Source: a virus
Lineage: Duplodnaviria; Caudoviricetes
IMG/VR virus record: IMGVR_UViG_3300034104_005580
Coordinates: 8 to 64,007 of that record
Strand: one strand, 5' to 3'
Length of the DNA stretch: 64,000 bases
The translations under genes and the position numbers were made by a program. Under the pieces are notes generated by a model, which searched no databases, was not told where the DNA came from, and saw only the letters and a program-made list of their open reading frames with translations. Positions 38,703 to 47,719 of this stretch are shown in pieces; position 1 is the first letter of the stretch, and each line of letters begins with the position of its first letter.

Positions 38703-39121
38703 AGAGCGTGACCCCCGAGCAGATTCACGAAGACTTCCGAGCCCTCCGCGCCTACATGGAACGGGGGGCCGAGAACCACTCCGCCCAGGTGACCAAGCTC
38801 AACGAGCGGATCACGGACCTCCAGGTCCAGGTGGGCGGGCTCCAGGCCAGCCGCGACTTCACGGCCCTCGCCCTCCAGGCGATGATCCGTCAGGGCGTGA
38901 CCGATGCCCTGGCCGACCACGAGCGGCGGGTGACCTCCTGCACCGACTCCCTGGAGAAGCGGCTGGAGACCCTGGAGGCCGAGCGCCTTCGGATGGAGGG
39001 GATGACCCGGGCCGCGAAGTTCGGGATGACCGTGGCCCAGCTTCCGGGCTTCGGGGCCGCCCTCTACCTCCTGGGGCAGGTGATCGGCCTCTGGGGGCAC
39101 CACCCTCCCGCCACCCCGTAG
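38699..39121 (+). CDS. Coiled-coil protein with C-terminal hydrophobic segment (lysis-associated candidate)
   Basis: GGAGG RBS; heptad repeats; GFGAALYLLGQVIGLW. Confidence 0.55.
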   Translation: MKSVTPEQIHEDFRALRAYMERGAENHSAQVTKLNERITDLQVQVGGLQASRDFTALALQAMIRQGVTDALADHERRVTSCTDSLEKRLETLEAERLRMEGMTRAAKFGMTVAQLPGFGAALYLLGQVIGLWGHHPPATP

Positions 39122-39147
39122 AAAGACCGAAAGCCAGCGGAGCCACT

Positions 39148-39501
39148 ATGGACTCTCTCTTCCTCGCCGCCACCTCCATCCCCTTCGACGGGTCGGACCC
39201 CCTCGTGGTGCTCCTCGCGTGGGCGCTCACGGTAGCCGCCCGCAAGGTGGCCCCGAAGGCGTGGGGCCCGTGGATGCGGAAGATCACTCCCATCCTGGCC
39301 GTGCTCCTGGCCGTCTTCCTCCGCACGGCGATCACCGCCGGGCAGGGGGAGCCCCTCACCGCCCAGGTGCTCCTCCGGGCGCTCGCGGCCGGGGCTACGG
39401 CGGTCTGGGGGCACTCCCAGGTGCGGGAGTTCGCCAAGGCCCAGTTTGAGGCCAAGGCCGAGGAGCCCCCCTCCGGGGAGCCCCCCGCTCCGAAGCCCTA
39501 A
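39148..39501 (+). CDS. Holin-like membrane protein
   Basis: 2-3 hydrophobic segments, 117 aa, at the end of the late operon. Confidence 0.6.
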   Translation: MDSLFLAATSIPFDGSDPLVVLLAWALTVAARKVAPKAWGPWMRKITPILAVLLAVFLRTAITAGQGEPLTAQVLLRALAAGATAVWGHSQVREFAKAQFEAKAEEPPSGEPPAPKP

Positions 39502-39686
39502 AGGGCCGGGTACGCCGTCCCGGGCGTCCCCTTGCAGAGGGTGGCCCAGGTATCCCCAGCCGTCGCCCAGGTGACCGTGCCGCCCGAGGCGGCGATCACT
39601 TCGCGGGCGAACGCGATGGGGTAGGTGCTCTGCCCGTGGGTGGTGATCTCGGAGAGGGCGGCGGAGATGGAGAGGGGGGTGGTCAT
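39498..39686 (-). CDS. Small hypothetical protein (only credible minus-strand gene)
   Basis: 62 aa; preceded by the conserved promoter-leader cassette on the minus strand. Confidence 0.7.
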   Translation of the reverse strand: MTTPLSISAALSEITTHGQSTYPIAFAREVIAASGGTVTWATAGDTWATLCKGTPGTAYPAL

Positions 39687-39761
39687 GGGAGGCTCCTTGC
39701 TCGGCGGGGTGGTTTCTCTCCCGCACCCCCTTCCACTATGCGGGCACCGGAAAGCTGGCGC
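39687..39761 (-). promoter_or_regulatory. Promoter-leader cassette 2
   Basis: GCGCCA-N17-TAGTGG, GAGAGA-loop hairpin, GAGCAAGGAGCCTCCCATG. Confidence 0.7.
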
Positions 39762-39826
39762 GGTGGCTTTCGCGCTTTCTCGCAGAATGGCGAAAGAAAG
39801 ATCGGCAAGCTGGCACCCTTGCCCCC

Positions 39827-41536
39827 GTGGGAGTGCCGGGGTACCTCTCGGACACCTCCCCTACCGCTCGGTGCGCTCACTCCCTTTCAGGGCGGAGGCT
39901 GCTACCTACGGGGCCCCGAGCGGCGGGGGAGCACCTTCCTTGTAGCAGAGGAAGATCAAGGAACCACCTGACTTTCGCCCTTCTCCACCACGGCCCTCCT
40001 GCCTTCGCGGCTCGTGGACCGGAGAGTGAGGAGAATGGCAGTTCAGAGGCTGATAGTCCTGGAAGGTGGTGGGAAAGCCCCCGCCACCCGAAGCCGGAGC
40101 TGGGTCTGGAGGATGATCCGGAGGTGCGGAGGATGGCCGTGGCCCTCCGCTCCGAGGTGGTGAACGCCCCGGAGAAGTCCTCCAGGGCGCTCGCGCACGT
40201 CCTCTGGTCGGTGGCCTCGTGGGCCCGCCGGAAGCCGATCCAGGGCGGGGTCCAGGTGCAGGTGACCCGCTCCTATGTGGAGGTGGGGGCCGAGGTGGCC
40301 CGCCGCCCCGCCGAGTGGGCCCTGGCCGCCTTCCGCCGGTGGACCGGAGGGGAAGCCCGAGCAGGGTGGATCACCCTCACCTCGGCCGCCCTGGCGGCGG
40401 CCTGGGAGGCCCTGGAGTGGGTGAAGGGGCGAGGGCTCCTCTCCCCCCCGGCGGTGGCCCCCTCGGTCCTGGAGCCAGCCTTCCCGGTGGTGCTCCCCGG
40501 GAAGGGGAAGGGGAAGACCCGGTGCGGGTGCTCGGCCCACGCCCACGGTGACCGTGACCCCTCCCTCCTCTTCGACCTCCACCGGGGGCTGGCCACCTGC
40601 GCCGTGAGCGGCGAGGTCTTCGCCCTCGTGGAGGGGGTGGAGGGCTTCGTGGCCCACCGTATCCACCGGGGAGTGGCTTCGGAGGAACCAGCTTTCTCCC
40701 TGACGATCCACAAGGATACCCCCCCGGTAGGGCCAGACCTGGATCACGAGGGAGAAGGGGGGAGTGGAGGGGGAGAGGTGGTGGGTGGAGAGCCCCATGG
40801 TGGAGAAGGTAGGTCCGAGGCCGAGTATCGGCAATCCGAGGCGGCTGGAAGGCCCGGACCCGATCCCCGGTGCGAGGGTACGGCCACGGGGAGGCTCTGG
40901 TCTTCGGGGCTCTCCCTCTCCCTCTCCAGGGCCACCTCCCGGGAAGGGTGGGCCGCGTGGCAGGAGAAGAGGTGGGGAGGGGCTTCTGGGGAGGGGCTCG
41001 CGTGGGAGGAGATGGCCCACCGGGAGAGGCCCACCGGGGTCCCTCGTGGGTGGATGCCGGAGCGGTTCGTGGGGGTGGGATGGTGGCGGCCCACCTCGAT
41101 CTTCTGGATGGAGGGAGCTTCGGGGAGGAGGTGGCCGATCCTGGACCTGGAGGAGATGGGGACCGGCCACGTCCTCCTGGACATCGACGGGTGCGACCTC
41201 CTCACCTACGAGGCTCCCGGCGGGATGGTGGCCGCGATCCGGAAGGAGCTGGAGCACCGGGGCATCTTCGGGGAGGTCTCGTGGGTCCTCCGCACCTCCC
41301 GGCGAGGGCTCCAGATCATGGTGAAGCTCCGGCGGTTCCGGTGGGACGTGGCGGGCTTCTACCGCTCCCCGGCGGTGCGCGCGGTCCTCCAGGAGGCCGG
41401 GGAGAGGATCGCCCGCCTCGTGGGGGGGAAGGTGGACCCCTCCTCGTGGGCCCCGAAGAGGATGGCCAGGGCCCCAGGGTGGAGGGTGAAGGCCGATCCC
41501 GAAGCCGCCCACCTCTGGTACCTCCGGGAAGGATGA
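39827..41536 (+). CDS. Zn-finger plus RepB'-like/AEP primase domain protein (true start probably downstream)
   Basis: CxCxxH..DRDPS...C; VLLDID; RTSRRGLQI; D......RMARAPG. Confidence 0.55.
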   Translation: MGVPGYLSDTSPTARCAHSLSGRRLLPTGPRAAGEHLPCSRGRSRNHLTFALLHHGPPAFAARGPESEENGSSEADSPGRWWESPRHPKPELGLEDDPEVRRMAVALRSEVVNAPEKSSRALAHVLWSVASWARRKPIQGGVQVQVTRSYVEVGAEVARRPAEWALAAFRRWTGGEARAGWITLTSAALAAAWEALEWVKGRGLLSPPAVAPSVLEPAFPVVLPGKGKGKTRCGCSAHAHGDRDPSLLFDLHRGLATCAVSGEVFALVEGVEGFVAHRIHRGVASEEPAFSLTIHKDTPPVGPDLDHEGEGGSGGGEVVGGEPHGGEGRSEAEYRQSEAAGRPGPDPRCEGTATGRLWSSGLSLSLSRATSREGWAAWQEKRWGGASGEGLAWEEMAHRERPTGVPRGWMPERFVGVGWWRPTSIFWMEGASGRRWPILDLEEMGTGHVLLDIDGCDLLTYEAPGGMVAAIRKELEHRGIFGEVSWVLRTSRRGLQIMVKLRRFRWDVAGFYRSPAVRAVLQEAGERIARLVGGKVDPSSWAPKRMARAPGWRVKADPEAAHLWYLREG

Positions 41537-41559
41537 TCGAAGAAAGTGGGCACCCCGCC

Positions 41560-41657
41560 TTGCCGCCTTTCCTGCGCGGGGGTAGAAAGGAAGGGAGCCG
41601 AGAGAGATGGTATCTCCGAGGCCAACACCCCCCCCACGAGCAAGGAAGGACCCGACC
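41560..41657 (+). promoter_or_regulatory. Promoter-leader cassette 3
   Basis: TTGCCG-N17-TAGAAA; ACGAGCAAGGAAGGA before the ATG. Confidence 0.7.
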
Positions 41658-43355
41658 ATGAACACCCCCACCCCCGCCTCCCCCGTCACCTCCGCCGCCC
41701 TGAACAAGGCCGCCTCCGACGCCGCCTCTGGCCTCGGAGCCATCGTCTTCTGGGAGATGAGCGACACGAAGATCACCCCCGATGACCTCCGGGCCATCCT
41801 GGCCCGCGAAGGCATCCAGATCGACGTGCCCGACATCGACCCGGAGAGCGCCGTGCGCCGTGCCGCCCGGACGTGGGCCATGGGCCGCGCCGGTACCGCC
41901 GACAAGTATCGGGGCGACGTGGTGAACACCGGGACGGCGACCGAAGTGAAGGTCTGCATCCTCCACCGGGAAGAGACCCAGGTGGGGAAGAAGAAGGAGG
42001 CCCGGTGGGAGACCGTGGAGTCCGTCACCTTCGACCTCGCCACCCGCACCTGGAACGCCACCGCCTGGAGCAACGAGGTCCGGTCCTTCGTGGAGATGGC
42101 GGACGGCTTCGTGAAGTTCCACGATCACAACTTCATCCGTCCGAGCGTGGTCCAGCGCCGCCTCGCGGATATGCGCGCTTTCAGCTTGAAGGCTTCCTCC
42201 GGGCTCTGGTACGTGACCCAGGACAAGCTGGCCGACCTCGCCTCCCTCCAGCGGGTGGTGGGCTCCATCGGTGGCTCCCAGATGTTCGTGATCCACGTCG
42301 GCTCCACCGACTCCTCCCGCGAGTCCATCCAGAGCGCCGCCCGCGCTTCCCTCTCCGAGAGCCTCCAGGAGCTGGAGACGAAGCTGGAGAGCTGGATCGA
42401 CTCCACCCGGAAGATCAGGACCGACGCCATCGACACCACGATGGCGGAGTTCCAGGAGCTGATCGACCGGGCCGACCTCTACCAGGGGGCCCTCCAGGTC
42501 CGGATGGAAGACCTGGAGGCCCGGATCACCACCGCCCGCGACCGCGCCCGCTCGATCATCGACGGGAACCTGACCTCCCACTCCGACCCGGCGACGAAGC
42601 CCCTCGGCAAGCGCGCCCTCCAGGTGCTGGAAGCCGTGGAGACCGCCTTCCCCGGGGAGAGCACCTTCACGGTGAAGGCCCTGGAGGACGTGGTGGGAGC
42701 GAGCCCTGGGGCCCTCCAGACCCACCTCCGGGACCTGACCCGGATGGGCAAGGTCCACCGGACGGGCCGGGACGAGAGCGGGGCCATCCTCTTCGGCCTC
42801 GGCCCCTCCGAGGACCCCGAAGGCGAGGCCGCCGGGATGGACGACGTGGTGATCTCCGATGCTCCGAAGGGGCAGGTGGAGGAGGTGGTGAACCTGCTCC
42901 CGGAGAAGGTGAAGGCCCAGGTGGAAGCCGCCCCGGTGGAGCCGGTGGTGGAGGCCCCCGCCGAGGTGGAGGCCCCCGCCGAGGTGGAGGCCCCCGCCGA
43001 GGTGGAGGCCGCCCCGGTGGTGGAAGCCGCCCCGGTGGAGCCGGTGGTGGAGGCCCCCGCCGAGGTGGAGGCCCCCGCCGAGGTGGAGGCCCCCGCCGAG
43101 GTGGAGGCCGCCCCGGTGGTGGAAGCCGCCCCGGTGGAGCCGGTGGTGGAAGCCGCCCCGGAGGCCGAGGTGGTCGAGTCCTCCACGGTCACCTTCCCCG
43201 ATGACGAGGTGCTCGGCGGGATGACCCGCGATGACCTCCGGGCCCTCGCCTCTCGCCTCGCCTCCGGCGGCGTGGTCATCCCCCGGGCGTCGAAGCTCGG
43301 TCGCCATGACCTCGCCCAGGCCATCGCCCAGGCGCGGGACGGGATGGCGGCCTGA
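41658..43355 (+). CDS. DUF6744-like protein with wHTH-like domain and acidic repeat linker
   Basis: N-terminal LGAIVFW...ESAVRRA; coiled coil; HTH-like segment; VEAPAE repeats. Confidence 0.6.
   Translation: MNTPTPASPVTSAALNKAASDAASGLGAIVFWEMSDTKITPDDLRAILAREGIQIDVPDIDPESAVRRAARTWAMGRAGTADKYRGDVVNTGTATEVKVCILHREETQVGKKKEARWETVESVTFDLATRTWNATAWSNEVRSFVEMADGFVKFHDHNFIRPSVVQRRLADMRAFSLKASSGLWYVTQDKLADLASLQRVVGSIGGSQMFVIHVGSTDSSRESIQSAARASLSESLQELETKLESWIDSTRKIRTDAIDTTMAEFQELIDRADLYQGALQVRMEDLEARITTARDRARSIIDGNLTSHSDPATKPLGKRALQVLEAVETAFPGESTFTVKALEDVVGASPGALQTHLRDLTRMGKVHRTGRDESGAILFGLGPSEDPEGEAAGMDDVVISDAPKGQVEEVVNLLPEKVKAQVEAAPVEPVVEAPAEVEAPAEVEAPAEVEAAPVVEAAPVEPVVEAPAEVEAPAEVEAPAEVEAAPVVEAAPVEPVVEAAPEAEVVESSTVTFPDDEVLGGMTRDDLRALASRLASGGVVIPRASKLGRHDLAQAIAQARDGMAA
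42921..43150 (+). repeat. Nested tandem repeat (99-bp period containing 18-bp units)
   Basis: Units start at 42921, 43020 and 43119; internal GAGGTGGAGGCCCCCGCC repeats. Confidence 0.9.
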
Positions 43356-43389
43356 TCGGGGTCCTCTCGATCTTCGCCTTCCAGGGGTA

Positions 43390-43429
43390 GAAGAAGGGGG
43401 TGGGGGCTTCGGCCTCCACCCCCTTCTTC
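43390..43429 (+). terminator. Strong hairpin/terminator
   Basis: GAAGAAGGGGGTGGGGGC-TTCG-GCCTCCACCCCCTTCTTC. Confidence 0.75.
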
Positions 43430-43440
43430 GTGGAGCCCCG

Positions 43441-44013
43441 ATGTCCCGCCCCGATCCCCTCTCCGCCAGCGTGATCGCCGTCCTTCGACGTGCCGCCGAG
43501 ATGTATGAAGCCGACCCCAGGAGTGGCCTCCAGGGCCAGCCCTTCATCTTCACCCTGGAGGGGGAGAGCGGGGAGAAGGTGGTCCCCCACCCGGTGGTGG
43601 TGCAGGTGGACCCCTCCGCCCTGATCATGGCCTCCAGCTACGGCCCGAAGGCCCTGGAGGCCCTCGCCCTGGACTCGGTGCGCGGGATGGCCAGGGGGGT
43701 CCCCCTGGGGCAGCTCGCGGCCGTGGGGTACCTCTTCCCCGCCACCGGGGACTTCCCCCAGAGCGAGGCCGACGCCTCCACGGCGGCGTGGCTCCGGAGC
43801 CAGAAGGCTCCCACCACCCCGTGGGAGCAGGAGGGGGTAGTCATGGTGCTCGACCTCCCGGATGGACGGATCACCTACGGAGCCCTGCGGACGAAGGGGG
43901 AGATGGCCGATCCCCTCTCGGAGCCGAAGCCCATGGTGATCTTCGCCTCCCACGTCCCGCGCCTCTACCCGGGCGATCCCGGGGACTTTACCCCTCCCGG
44001 GGGATTCTGTTGA
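43441..44013 (+). CDS. Hypothetical protein
   Basis: GGAG RBS, ATG at 43441. Confidence 0.6.
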   Translation: MSRPDPLSASVIAVLRRAAEMYEADPRSGLQGQPFIFTLEGESGEKVVPHPVVVQVDPSALIMASSYGPKALEALALDSVRGMARGVPLGQLAAVGYLFPATGDFPQSEADASTAAWLRSQKAPTTPWEQEGVVMVLDLPDGRITYGALRTKGEMADPLSEPKPMVIFASHVPRLYPGDPGDFTPPGGFC

Positions 44014-44031
44014 TATTCGGCGCGAGTGGCC

Positions 44032-44111
44032 TTGCAGGCTTTCCCGGTGGGGGGTAAGTGGATGGGGTGCGGGAGAGAAACCACCCCGCCACCACGAGCA
44101 AGGAGCCTCCC
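44032..44111 (+). promoter_or_regulatory. Promoter-leader cassette 4
   Basis: TTGCAG-N17-TAAGTG, hairpin, GAGCAAGGAGCCTCCCATG. Confidence 0.7.
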
Positions 44112-45239
44112 ATGACCGCCCCCGTCCTCTCCCCCGCCCAGGCCGAAGCCGTCCGCAAGATCACCGCCCTCCGCCGCGAGCTGGAGGCCGCCGTCCACGA
44201 GAGGAAGGACGAGGTGGACGCCATGCTCACGGCCCTCCTGGCCCGCCAGCACCTCCTCCTCCTGGGGCCCCCGGGGACCGGCAAGTCCATGCTCGGCTTC
44301 CTCCTGGCGAAGGCGATCCAGGGGACCACCTTCACCCGACTGATGACGAAGCACTCCGTCCCGGAGGAGCTGTTCGGTCCCTACTCCCTCGCCGGTCTGG
44401 AAGCCGACCGCTACGAGCGGAAGACCAAGGGGTACCTGCCCGAGGCGCAGATCGCCATCCTGGACGAGGTCTTCAAGGCCAACTCCGCGATCTTGAACGC
44501 CCTCCTGACCCTCCTGAACGAGCGCGCCTTCGACAACGGCACGGTGCGGACCACCTGCCCCCTGGAGTTCTGCCTGGGGATGTCGAACGAGACCCCGAAG
44601 GACGACGGCCTGGAGGCTCTCTATGACCGGTTCACCCTTCGGCGGTGGGTCTCCTACATCGCGGACGCCGATCACTTCAAGGCCATGCTGATCGGGGGGG
44701 AACCGGTGGTCACCACCTTCCTCACCGCCGGGGACCTGGAGGCCCTTCGTGGGATGGTGGCCACGGTCACCGTCCCGGCGGAAGTCCTGGAGGCCATCGT
44801 GGCCATCCGGTCGGAGCTTGCCCAGAAGGGGATCAAGCCCTCGGATCGCCGCTACCGCTCCCTGGTCGGGCTCGTGAAGGCCCAGGCCGTCCTCCGGGGG
44901 GTCACCGAGGCGACCACGGAAGACCTCTTCATCGCCAAGGACTGCCTCTGGGATCGCCCGGAGGACGCCCAGGAGGTGGCCCAGGTCGTCATGGCCAAGG
45001 CGAGCCCCGAGCTGAACGAAGCCACCCGCCTCCGGGACGCGGCCATCGAAGCCTTCGGGAAGCTCGACATGAGCAAGATCGAGGCGGGCCCGGCGATCAA
45101 GGTCCGGAAGGAGCTGGAGGCGATCATCGTCCAGCTTCGGGGGCTCCGGGCCACCCCGAAGATCGTGGCGGTCACGGAGGAGGTGGTGGCGATGGGCGCG
45201 GCGATCAAGCGGTCGGTGTCGAAGGCGATGGGGCTCTGA
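44112..45239 (+). CDS. ravA: MoxR-family AAA+ ATPase, RavA-like
   Basis: GPPGTGKS, PEELFGP, LDEVFKANSAILNALL, SNE, ALYDRF, SDRR. Confidence 0.9.
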   Translation: MTAPVLSPAQAEAVRKITALRRELEAAVHERKDEVDAMLTALLARQHLLLLGPPGTGKSMLGFLLAKAIQGTTFTRLMTKHSVPEELFGPYSLAGLEADRYERKTKGYLPEAQIAILDEVFKANSAILNALLTLLNERAFDNGTVRTTCPLEFCLGMSNETPKDDGLEALYDRFTLRRWVSYIADADHFKAMLIGGEPVVTTFLTAGDLEALRGMVATVTVPAEVLEAIVAIRSELAQKGIKPSDRRYRSLVGLVKAQAVLRGVTEATTEDLFIAKDCLWDRPEDAQEVAQVVMAKASPELNEATRLRDAAIEAFGKLDMSKIEAGPAIKVRKELEAIIVQLRGLRATPKIVAVTEEVVAMGAAIKRSVSKAMGL

Positions 45240-45281
45240 TCACCTCGGCGGGCAGCTCCGCGATTATCTCGCGGAGCGGCC

Positions 45282-45335
45282 TTGCCGCCTAACCCACCAC
45301 CGGGTAATATCTCCGGGTGAGCAAGGAGCCCCACG
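45282..45335 (+). promoter_or_regulatory. Promoter-leader cassette 5
   Basis: TTGCCG-N17-TAATAT; GTGAGCAAGGAGCC. Confidence 0.8.
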
Positions 45336-46769
45336 ATGTCCACGAAGCCCTCCACGAAGCGCCAGATCGACCCCCTCGTCTACTCCACCTCCCGGTGGCA
45401 GGAGATGCTCTTCCAGAAGCGGCAGAGCGGGAACCTCCAGTCCGTCCTGGGGAGCACCGCCCAGGCCCTGCGCCTCACCGGGCAGGATGCCCAGAAGGCC
45501 ACGAGCCTCGGCCTGGAGGTCTTCTCCCGGCTCTACGATGACCCGGAGAAGCTGGAGACCCCGGATGCCTCTGCCCCGTGGGCCGAGACCGTCCACTCCC
45601 TCCTGGGGGAGATGCCGGAGTTCCAGCACCTCTCCTCCCTGACGGGCTCCGATCCCGATATGGCCGCCCTGGCCACCGCCGACCTCCTTCGTGCCCTGGA
45701 GCCGAAGCTGCCCGAGCTGGTGAAGGAGGACCCGAAGGCCGAACCCCCTCCCACGGTGGATGCCTTCGGCCGTCCTACCTTCCAGCTCTCCGCCTCGGAT
45801 AAGGTGCGGGCGGTCCTCCGGGGAGCCTGCCGGGATGCCTCCCAGGCCGTCCAGGATGCGAAGACCCTCCTGAACGGGATCGCCCCCGGGCTCGGAGAGG
45901 CCCCCGCCACCCACGAGCAGGAGGACCCTCGCCGGGCGATCCTCGCCCAGGCCCTGACCTCCTCCGCCCACCTCCGGAAGATCGTGGAGCTTGCCGGGCG
46001 GCTGGAGCGGATCGCCCAGAAGGCGAAGAAGCGCCGGTGCCGCGACTCCTACGAGGAGGTGGTGGACATCGAGCGTGGTGGGGACCTCGGTCGCATCCTC
46101 CCCTCCGAGCTTGCCGGGCTCCGCTCCGTGCGGGCCATCCGGCTCCTCACCCTCCAGAAGGTGGCCGACCGGACGGCCCTCCAGTATCGCCTGGAGGGGC
46201 ACGAGCCGATGGGTCGCGGGGAGATGGTGGTGGCTCTGGACGAGTCCGGGTCGATGTCCTGCGAGCAGAACGGGATCATCCCGAACACCTGGACCCGGGC
46301 CATCGGGCTCGCCTGCCTTCGGGTGGCCCTGGAGGATCGCCGCCCGGTCACCGTCCTCGGCTTCAACGGGGGGATCACCTCGATCCACCGGATGGAAGCG
46401 GACGGCTCCTGCTACCGGGTGGTGGGTGGCCAGAAGGTGCCGATGGCGGGCGGCTTCCCCGCCCTCGCCCTGGAGGTGATCAGCCGTGGATGCGGGGGCG
46501 GCACTTCCTTCGACGCGCCGATCCGGTTCGCCGTGGCGGCGGTGCGGGGCTCCACCCGCCCGGACCTCCTCTTCGTCACCGACGGGATGGCCCACGTCTC
46601 CCAGGATGTCCTGGAGGAGCTGGCCGATGCGAAGAAGACCCGGGAGCTTCGGGTCTACGGGGTGGCGATGGGGCACGGCTCGATCACCGGGGCGCTCGCC
46701 TCGGTCTGCGATCACGCCATCGACTTCCGCCCGGAAGTGGAACGGCTCGCCAAGATCATCCCCGGATGA
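45336..46769 (+). CDS. viaA: VWA-domain protein, ViaA-like
   Basis: GDLGRILPSEL, MIDAS motif DESGSM, GGTSF, VTDG. Confidence 0.88.
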   Translation: MSTKPSTKRQIDPLVYSTSRWQEMLFQKRQSGNLQSVLGSTAQALRLTGQDAQKATSLGLEVFSRLYDDPEKLETPDASAPWAETVHSLLGEMPEFQHLSSLTGSDPDMAALATADLLRALEPKLPELVKEDPKAEPPPTVDAFGRPTFQLSASDKVRAVLRGACRDASQAVQDAKTLLNGIAPGLGEAPATHEQEDPRRAILAQALTSSAHLRKIVELAGRLERIAQKAKKRRCRDSYEEVVDIERGGDLGRILPSELAGLRSVRAIRLLTLQKVADRTALQYRLEGHEPMGRGEMVVALDESGSMSCEQNGIIPNTWTRAIGLACLRVALEDRRPVTVLGFNGGITSIHRMEADGSCYRVVGGQKVPMAGGFPALALEVISRGCGGGTSFDAPIRFAVAAVRGSTRPDLLFVTDGMAHVSQDVLEELADAKKTRELRVYGVAMGHGSITGALASVCDHAIDFRPEVERLAKIIPG

Positions 46770-47263
46770 TCGGGCCCCTGGGGGAGGCCCGCCGTGGCTA
46801 CCTGGAGGAGGCCGAGCGCCTCCCCCAGGTAGCCACGGTGGCGGTGGAAGAGTGGCTCCGGGCTCGCGGGCCGGGAGGGGGTGGTGCTCGCCCTCCCACC
46901 GGCGGAGAGGGGCGGAGCCCTTCGGGTGGAGTGGTCGCCGTGAGGCTGGACCCCGCGCGAGAAGCCTACCTCCAGGCCGTGGTGGACGGCCCCTTCGTGG
47001 TGGTGGAGGGGGTGAAGGAGTGGGCGGAGAAGATCGCCTCCAGGGGCTTCTCCGCGCGCCCTCTCCTGGTCCTGGGAGTGGACCCCCAGCGGGTGGGCTT
47101 CATGGGGCCGAGGGTGGTGGATGCCGTGATCGGGGCCGCCCAGAGCGCCGGCCTCTTCCAGCTCTACCTGGAGAAGAAAGAGGGGAAGCCGACTCCGGCC
47201 TTCGTGGTGGTGGCCCCCCCAGAGGAGCCCGGGATGGACTTCCGGGTGAGGATCGTCCGATGA
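46766..47263 (+). CDS. Hypothetical protein
   Basis: ATGA overlap with viaA. Confidence 0.5.
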   Translation: MIGPLGEARRGYLEEAERLPQVATVAVEEWLRARGPGGGGARPPTGGEGRSPSGGVVAVRLDPAREAYLQAVVDGPFVVVEGVKEWAEKIASRGFSARPLLVLGVDPQRVGFMGPRVVDAVIGAAQSAGLFQLYLEKKEGKPTPAFVVVAPPEEPGMDFRVRIVR

Positions 47264-47631
47264 ACGAGACCCTGATCCACGCCCTCCTCCTGGAGGTGAA
47301 GCCCCTGGCCGTGCTCTCCTCGTGGGAGCCGGTGGGAGCCCGCCTGGAAGCCCTCTCCGGTGCCATCCGGGGGCAGGGCTCGGTGAGCGACCGGGACACC
47401 ACCCTCCTCCGCTCGTGGGCTCGCCGGTGGGCCCTCCTCCCCCCGGCGGTGCGGGACTTCTACGCCCGCCACGTCCAGGCCGAGGACTCGGAGACCGCCC
47501 GGGTGGTCCTCTGGCGCATCCTGGAGGGCCGACGGTCGGAGGACTGGATGGTGAGGAAGCTGGAGCGCCTCTGGGAGCAGGACTCCGGGGTGCAGCCTAT
47601 CGGCGTGGACCTCGCCCCCCTTCTCCGGTGA
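47260..47631 (+). CDS. Hypothetical protein
   Basis: ATGA overlap. Confidence 0.55.
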   Translation: MNETLIHALLLEVKPLAVLSSWEPVGARLEALSGAIRGQGSVSDRDTTLLRSWARRWALLPPAVRDFYARHVQAEDSETARVVLWRILEGRRSEDWMVRKLERLWEQDSGVQPIGVDLAPLLR

Positions 47632-47665
47632 TCCTCCTCGCCGAGCACTTTCCGCCGATACCGGC

Positions 47666-47719
47666 TTGCCATCTATCCCACCACCGGGTAAATCTTCCCC
47701 ACGAGCAAGGAGCCTCACC
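47666..47719 (+). promoter_or_regulatory. Promoter-leader cassette 6
   Basis: TTGCCA-N17-TAAATC; ACGAGCAAGGAGCC. Confidence 0.75.

Noticed and set aside
42921-43150. Possible CRISPR array
   Set aside because: In-frame coding tandem repeats with no unique spacers
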